A stretch of DNA of 64,000 bases from Verrucomicrobiia bacterium (GTDB taxonomy: Bacteria > Verrucomicrobiota > Verrucomicrobiia > Palsa-1439): assembly GCA_050010195.1 (NCBI GenBank), contig JBEKLM010000001.1, positions 129,045-193,044 on the forward strand, in the 5' to 3' direction. The position numbers and the translations under genes were made by a program. Below are positions 58,497 through 64,000 of the stretch, in pieces. The first letter of the stretch is position 1, and every line of letters starts with the position of its first letter. Below the pieces are notes generated by a model. It was not told where the DNA came from. It ran no database searches and saw nothing but the letters and a program-made list of their open reading frames with translations.

Positions 58497-60118
58497 ACGT
58501 TCTCATGCTCCTGATGGAATGGCAGGGACAACGTAAATGTCGCCCCTTGACCCGGACCGTCGCTGTGTACGCTCAAGCTCCCGCCCATCTCCTTTGCCGC
58601 GAGGGCGCCGCTGTGCAGGCCAAACCCGTGTCCGTTTTTTCGCGTTGTGAATCCATACGAGAAGATTCGTGTCAGATTCTCCGGCGGTATTCCCACGCCG
58701 TTGTCAATTACGAGGATCTTCACAAAACCGTCGCTGTCGGTCGCCACGCGAACAGTCAACAGCTTGTCTTTTCGCCCACCGTCATCCAGGGCGTACTTGG
58801 CGTTTCGCACCAGATTCACCAGAATCTGTAATACTTTGTGCTTATCCACAGGAACCGACGGCGTGGCGATATACTCACGCACCACTTGCACCTCATGGCG
58901 CACGAGCGCGCCGTTATTCATGCGGAGTGCGTCTTCCACCAAATCCACAATCGGCAGTGTGTCCACGATGCCGGCTGCTCGCGCATAGCTTTGCTGCATG
59001 GTCACGATTTCCCTGATGTGTTCGACATTGGCACTCAGGGATTCGATCTCTTTGAGCATCCCTGTTTGTTCTTTGCCCAGGTATTGAGCCAGATTGTCCA
59101 AGTAGTCACACAACTGCATGCCTTTCGTATCCTGGGTAAAGAAGGCCGCCAGGTCGTTCTGGTGCGCACGCATCAACGCCACAGCTTTTGCCAGACTTGA
59201 TACCCTGGATTCTCGAATCTTCTCGGAGACCAGGGCCGTGGAAACGTTGACGCTGTTGAGCACATTGCCAACGTTATGCAGGACATTCGTGGCCACCTCG
59301 GCCATGCCCGCGTCGCGCGAAATATCCAGGAGTTGTTTGTGCATATTCTCCAGCTCGAGGGTGCGATCCTTCACGCGCAGTTCCAGAGTTTGCTGGTAGT
59401 TGAGAATCTCCGCATGCGACTGCTGAAGCGACCCGGCCATCTCGTTGAACGCGCGGGCCAGTTCCCCAAATTCGTCGGTACTCGCGGCCGCGACGCGAAC
59501 GCTCAGATTGCCCGCGGCCAACTCCTGCGTGCCCGTCACCAGGCCACTGAGCGGTTCCGAAATGAAGTATTGTAGTTTTCGAGACAGGAACAGGGCCGCC
59601 AGCAAGGAGGCCCCCATGACACACAGCAGAATCGTCACCGCGCGTTTCAGATACGCCACAACTTCCGGGGCGATGTCGGCCTGCAGGCACAACGTCCCAA
59701 TGTTCCGTCCGTTCAGCATGACACTTCGCGACAGCGTCAGGTGATTGTATTCGAAAGTACCCGAACCGCCGGGCGCAGCCGTCGCGGGGCAGGATTGACC
59801 GCTGCCGTCCCGCGCATAGGTGGCAAACAGGGTCCCATCCTGCGCATACAGACAGGCATTCAGGATGCTCGGCTCGGCCTTGAGACCCCGGAGGGTTTCC
59901 TCCGCCGAGCTTTGGTCCCGAAAGGACAGCGCCGCCGTGGAATTCGCGGCAATGACGTCGCCCACGGTCGCCAGATTCTGTTTCTCGTCCCGAATATAAC
60001 TGAGCAGTTGGTAGCCCACAAAACCCACGCAGGACAACAACAGCGCCGCGCTGCAGGTCAACATCATGACCGCCATCAGCTTGGCCTTAATGGGAAGATT
60101 CTGAAACGATCGATTCAT
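58493..60118 (-). CDS. Membrane sensor histidine kinase with a periplasmic sensor domain, HAMP, HisKA and HATPase_c.
   Basis: Two TM helices flank a periplasmic domain of about 150 aa. HAMP (LAAGNLSVRVAAASTDEFGELARAFNEMAGSL). H-box MAEVATNVLHNVGN. G-boxes DNGVGI and GHGFGL. It overlaps the downstream hybrid kinase by 4 nt. Confidence 0.85.
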   Translation of the reverse strand: MNRSFQNLPIKAKLMAVMMLTCSAALLLSCVGFVGYQLLSYIRDEKQNLATVGDVIAANSTAALSFRDQSSAEETLRGLKAEPSILNACLYAQDGTLFATYARDGSGQSCPATAAPGGSGTFEYNHLTLSRSVMLNGRNIGTLCLQADIAPEVVAYLKRAVTILLCVMGASLLAALFLSRKLQYFISEPLSGLVTGTQELAAGNLSVRVAAASTDEFGELARAFNEMAGSLQQSHAEILNYQQTLELRVKDRTLELENMHKQLLDISRDAGMAEVATNVLHNVGNVLNSVNVSTALVSEKIRESRVSSLAKAVALMRAHQNDLAAFFTQDTKGMQLCDYLDNLAQYLGKEQTGMLKEIESLSANVEHIREIVTMQQSYARAAGIVDTLPIVDLVEDALRMNNGALVRHEVQVVREYIATPSVPVDKHKVLQILVNLVRNAKYALDDGGRKDKLLTVRVATDSDGFVKILVIDNGVGIPPENLTRIFSYGFTTRKNGHGFGLHSGALAAKEMGGSLSVHSDGPGQGATFTLSLPFHQEHENV

Positions 60119-60122
60119 GGTT

Positions 60123-60689
60123 TTAGGGTTTGATGGTTCTGGCCAGCTTCAACAACTGGGAGCTGATGGTCAGGTGCGCCCGTTGCGCCGCGTCCATGTT
60201 CACCTCAAATCGGACTTTCTTGCCCTCAATCAACAACCGGATCACGCCGCCCACGTCCAAAAAGTCGTCCGACTCCCCCACCGTGAGCACGCCCGGTCCT
60301 GACAGATGTTTCAGCACAGCGGTAGCGTCCACCGATTTCGGAATGAACAGTATCCGGCACGGGGAAAGATCTTCCGAAAGTGCCAACCGCTTCACGACAA
60401 TCGGTCGGGTCCCAATCGTCTCGCCCGCGACCAACTGATCCAAGGCGGACCCGAAGGGATCCTCCCCGACAATGCCAATGGTGACGGGGGTATTGGTGGC
60501 CGCAACCTCTTCCGCCGGCCATTTGGTGAATTTGGCAAAATTCAGTAAGAACGCCCCTTTGACCTTGTATTCCAGTGCCGTGGGAGATTCCGCAAGTCCC
60601 ATGCCGGGGCTGACCGTCAACACCAGCGCCGCGACCAGCATCCCGACCGCGGCAAGACGGCGGCAGCCCAATCGTCGAGCTGACCGCAT
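60123..60689 (-). CDS. YfiR-family (DUF4154) periplasmic protein.
   Basis: Signal peptide MRSARRLGCRRLAAVGMLVAALVLTVSPGMGLA. Then YKVKGAFLLNFAKFTKWP...TIGIVGEDPFG...ILFIP, as in YfiR. It ends 4 nt before the HK start. Confidence 0.65.
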   Translation of the reverse strand: MRSARRLGCRRLAAVGMLVAALVLTVSPGMGLAESPTALEYKVKGAFLLNFAKFTKWPAEEVAATNTPVTIGIVGEDPFGSALDQLVAGETIGTRPIVVKRLALSEDLSPCRILFIPKSVDATAVLKHLSGPGVLTVGESDDFLDVGGVIRLLIEGKKVRFEVNMDAAQRAHLTISSQLLKLARTIKP

Positions 60690-60742
60690 ATCGCGTTGTC
60701 GACTATGACATGTGAAAATCACGTTCACTCTTGCTTCGCAGG

Positions 60743-62671
60743 TTAAAAGGTCCAGGTGATCTTGCCGTAAATACTGCGTCCGACCTCCGTTGTTTGTGAC
60801 TGGAACGACGGGGCAAACTCCAGATGCTCGCTGTCCAGCAAATCCTGGCCGACAACCGAGAATTCCAGATTCTTTCTCGGCTTCCACGCCAGCCGCAGAT
60901 CGAGTGAGAAATACTGGGGCACAGGCAGGACGGTGGTACTGGTACTGGTCACCGTCGTGATGGTCACCCTGTCCACGTACCGCAGCGTGGCGTCAAATTG
61001 GACCTGATGGGGCAGATCCATCACCGAGCGCACGGAGAACTGCTGTTGCGGGCTCCCGCCCGGGTCGATTTCCGGACGCGTGGTGGCGGCGTCGTCGACG
61101 TGAAGCTGCACGTGGAGATCCGTGTACGTGGCCTGCCACCGCCACCAATCCAGCATCTGCCAGTTGCCCGCGGCCTCGAGTCCATAGGTCTGGGCGGATG
61201 AATCGTTGCCGGGCGTGCCGGTCGTGGTCGTCGCCAACTTGGAATAATCATTATAGAATGTCGCAAAGTCTAGCGACACCCGTTCGCAGGGGCGTACCCG
61301 ATAACCGAGTTCATACGCCAGCAGGTCTTCCGAACCGAAAGCCTTATTGCCTTCGGAATCCGATGGTGTGCGGACCGCGCGGGAAACCGCCGCCCAGACA
61401 GTTTGATGGACCGTCGGCGTCCACGAGACCCGCCCGCTGGGTTCCACTTCAAATCCTGTGAAATCATTGTGTTCGAGTTTGGTGCCCAGCGTCAGTTTCA
61501 ACCGTTCCGGTATCAGGGTCACTTCATCCTGAATGAAGCCGCTGAACAATTGCCGGTCGGTGTGGACGGTGGAACTGTTCCTGATGGTTTCATCCTCCAG
61601 CCGGTAGCCCAGACCCGCGATCACCTCCTGCCGCGAGCCAATCTGCCGGTCATACTGCAAATCGACATCGAACGTGTCGAGGTTGTCCCCGACGATCGTC
61701 ATATCACGCACGGTCTTGTCATAGTACGTCTGCAGTTTGATCTCCGACCCGTTCGCCAGCGTATGCGTCCAGCGGCCAAGAACGTCGCCGCCGGAGATGT
61801 CGGTGTCCCGGGTCAATTGTTGCGTATAGGGCGGCGTGTTTGTGCTCACGCTTTCGACCTGGCCCTCGGTGCCATCGTAGGCATCTCCTTGGACGGTCAG
61901 CAGGTTGTCGCGAGACGGTTGCCAGTCCATCCGGAACCCGCCGCGGCCCTGCTGCCAGCCGTCGCGGCCGTTGCCACCACCCAGCTTCTCGGAATCAGCA
62001 TGGTCAAAGTACGTGCCGTACAGCCGATAATACAGGTCGTCACCATGTGAACCGCCGTAGCGAAACTCCCCAAAGCCCCGGTCCTGATTGCCGCCGCCGC
62101 CGCTGAGCAGCCAGCCTTGTGTGTCTTTGGCGCTCTTGGTGATGATATTGATCACGCCGTTGACCGCGTTGGCGCCCCACATCGTGGCGCCGGGGCCGCG
62201 GATCACCTCGATCCGGTCCACATCCTCCAGCATCGGACTCTGCACGTCCCAAAACACACCCGAAAACAGCGGCGTATACACGCTGCGCCCGTCGATGAGC
62301 ACGAGCAGTTTGTCGGCAAATTCACTATTGAACCCGCGTGAGCTGATCGCCCACGTGTGGGCGTCGATGCGCGCCACGTCCAGGCCGGGCACCAGCCGCA
62401 GGGCCTCGGGGATGCTCGTGGCTCCAGACCGGTGGATATCCTCTTGCGTGAGCACGTACACCGCGGCCGGCGCTTCGGTGAGTTTCTCCTCTTTCTTCGA
62501 TACCGAGGTGATCTCGACGTTCATCAGATCGTCGAGGCTCATTCGCTTCAGGGATTGGATGGAGTTGGTGTCGCCCATTGATTCGGCGCGTACGGTGATT
62601 GTTGCCAGTAATAGAATGCTCAGGAATTGGCTCGCCATGAACCAACCGCACTGCTTGAATCGGGCCCTCAT
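60743..62671 (-). CDS. TonB-dependent outer-membrane receptor.
   Basis: Signal peptide. Plug domain (TEAPAAVYVLTQEDI...IPEALRLVPGLDV...DKLLVLIDGRSVYTPLFSGVFWD...IEVIRGPGATMWGANAVNGVINIITK). 22-strand barrel region. C-terminal aromatic residue ...KITWTF. Confidence 0.85.
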   Translation of the reverse strand: MRARFKQCGWFMASQFLSILLLATITVRAESMGDTNSIQSLKRMSLDDLMNVEITSVSKKEEKLTEAPAAVYVLTQEDIHRSGATSIPEALRLVPGLDVARIDAHTWAISSRGFNSEFADKLLVLIDGRSVYTPLFSGVFWDVQSPMLEDVDRIEVIRGPGATMWGANAVNGVINIITKSAKDTQGWLLSGGGGNQDRGFGEFRYGGSHGDDLYYRLYGTYFDHADSEKLGGGNGRDGWQQGRGGFRMDWQPSRDNLLTVQGDAYDGTEGQVESVSTNTPPYTQQLTRDTDISGGDVLGRWTHTLANGSEIKLQTYYDKTVRDMTIVGDNLDTFDVDLQYDRQIGSRQEVIAGLGYRLEDETIRNSSTVHTDRQLFSGFIQDEVTLIPERLKLTLGTKLEHNDFTGFEVEPSGRVSWTPTVHQTVWAAVSRAVRTPSDSEGNKAFGSEDLLAYELGYRVRPCERVSLDFATFYNDYSKLATTTTGTPGNDSSAQTYGLEAAGNWQMLDWWRWQATYTDLHVQLHVDDAATTRPEIDPGGSPQQQFSVRSVMDLPHQVQFDATLRYVDRVTITTVTSTSTTVLPVPQYFSLDLRLAWKPRKNLEFSVVGQDLLDSEHLEFAPSFQSQTTEVGRSIYGKITWTF

Positions 62672-63352
62672 ACGATTTACCTTTTCGTGCTTCGGCAAGG
62701 CGGCGACAAAGACACAGCCGACAGGCTGCGGAGATCTGACCCTGCGATATACCTGCACACAGAAACTTCGGAGCGCATTTCTGCTGAATCGTGCGCATCT
62801 TCCATGCCTGCGACCATACTGGAAACTACCTAGGGATGGCCCACGAGAGACCGCATGGTTCAGGTCGCGAAAACCCCTGCCCCGTCCAAAAATGTTCGCA
62901 CAGGAGATGTGCGGTAGGGGAAGTCCCCATACGAGGTTGTATGTAATTCCTGTCGCTCAGAAGGAATAGCTATCACATCTCATAAGGCACCAGAAATTGC
63001 TGTTGGTGAAGCCGAGCGATAAGGATGCCCGCTACGATTATGTTTCCAATGAGTTGAAATACGACCCCTATTTGCACGTCCCCGAGATCCGCGTCCACAC
63101 GATCGCACAATTTCGTACGGCCAGCTCATAATGGACCCTCGCAACTTGGAAGTCGGCGACTCGGAGGACGAGGAGCCTCTGCAAAGATTGCGATGACTCT
63201 GTCGCGAAGGCTTTTCATCAGACCGCGGATTGACATGCGCGCATCTCAGCCTGGTGCTACCGGTCGAAAGTCGACTAAGGGTGTGGGCTGCCGAGGCCCG
63301 ATGGCCGAAGAGTCGCGCTGATGGGGTTGAAGCGGATGCGCCAATTGCCAGG

Positions 63353-64000
63353 CTACGACACCCCAAACGCCCGCAGCCCCTGAAAGACAAGCAGCGAAGC
63401 GACGTAGGCCAGTACCGTCATGTACCCGAGTTGAAAGACGGGCCATTTGAGACTGTTGGTTTCACGGCGCGTGATGGCTTGCGTCGCCAGACATTGCATC
63501 GCGAGGACGTAGAACACCAACAGGCTCGCGCAGGTGGCGGTCGTGAACACTTTGGTACCGTTGGTTCGCTGGGCGCGCCGCAGGGAATCGTAGAGCGATT
63601 CCGGGTTCTTCTCGGCGGCGTCTTCGCCCACGCCGTACACAACGGCCAGCGTCGAGACCACGACTTCGCGCGCGGCGAAGGAGCTGACGATGCCGATCCC
63701 AATTTGCCAATCGAACCCCAGCGGGCGGATGGCGGGCTCGATCCAACGACCGAGACGGCCCGCCGCCGAGTTCGCCAGCGCGGAATGACTGATGAGTCGG
63801 CCCGCTTGTTCCCGCAATGCGTCGGCGGACGGCCCGGCCAGTTTCGCGGCCTGTTCCTGCAAGGCGACGGCTTCGGGGGGCGGCGCGCTCTTGGGATAGG
63901 TCGCCAGCGCCCACAACGCGATGGAAATCAACAGAATCACCGTCCCGGCTTTCCGGATAAAGACCCACGCCCGATCCAGCATCAGCAGAACCGCCGTCCG
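63353..64000 (-). CDS. feoB: Ferrous iron transporter FeoB, C-terminal membrane (gate) region. Partial: the gene continues beyond position 64000.
   Basis: FIRKAGTVILLISIALWALATYP...YVLAMQCLATQAITRRETNSLKWPVFQLGYMTVLAYVASLLVFQG matches the conserved FeoB C-terminus. The ORF is open to the window edge. Confidence 0.7.
   Translation of the reverse strand, partial: RTAVLLMLDRAWVFIRKAGTVILLISIALWALATYPKSAPPPEAVALQEQAAKLAGPSADALREQAGRLISHSALANSAAGRLGRWIEPAIRPLGFDWQIGIGIVSSFAAREVVVSTLAVVYGVGEDAAEKNPESLYDSLRRAQRTNGTKVFTTATCASLLVFYVLAMQCLATQAITRRETNSLKWPVFQLGYMTVLAYVASLLVFQGLRAFGVS

Noticed and set aside
62980-63390. 136-aa minus-strand ORF between the TonB receptor and feoB.
   Set aside because: Its S/R/G-rich composition is not protein-like, and it overlaps the 3' end of feoB. 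The region is more likely intergenic or regulatory.

Overview
This is a high-GC (~60%) bacterial chromosomal segment. The gene content points to Verrucomicrobiota (Pedosphaera-like) or Planctomycetota: PEP-CTERM proteins, a prepilin-type H-X9-DG (DUF1559) protein, autotransporter-associated beta-strand repeats, and TPR/GT-C proteins resembling eukaryotic TMTC enzymes. No rRNA, intact tRNA or CRISPR array was seen. The window is a pectin/polygalacturonate utilisation island. It encodes four giant (1083-1796 aa) secreted enzymes: three with a GH28 polygalacturonase beta-helix and one PL1 pectate lyase. Each is fused to Ig-like/PKD-like domain arrays and beta-strand repeats. A further 642-aa secreted repeat protein has no catalytic domain. 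All five share a conserved C-terminal domain ending ...RYYR[VI]R[LVS]xP. Alongside sit a canonical GH28, an esterase and the hexuronate catabolic genes kdgK-kduI-kduD-exuT, uxaE-uxaC and eda. The locus regulators are an ECF sigma/anti-sigma/lipoprotein operon and an AraC regulator. Interleaved are four TMTC-like TPR/GT-C putative protein glycosyltransferases (three in a row), a GT87 protein, and an LgmABC-like trio (ArnT-like GT-C, GT2, YdjC deacetylase). Together with the extreme density of S/T-rich stretches and N-x-S/T sequons in the secreted proteins, this suggests a dedicated, undescribed glycosylation/sorting system for giant adhesin-like pectinases. The giant genes share near-identical kilobase-scale modules and identical 3' flanks, which indicates cassette shuffling. 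The window also holds three PEP-CTERM proteins (one N-terminally truncated) and a YfiR-like/histidine-kinase/hybrid-kinase operon next to a TonB-dependent receptor. A partial glpT-family transporter and a partial feoB lie at the window edges. Many long antisense ORFs in the track are GC artefacts.
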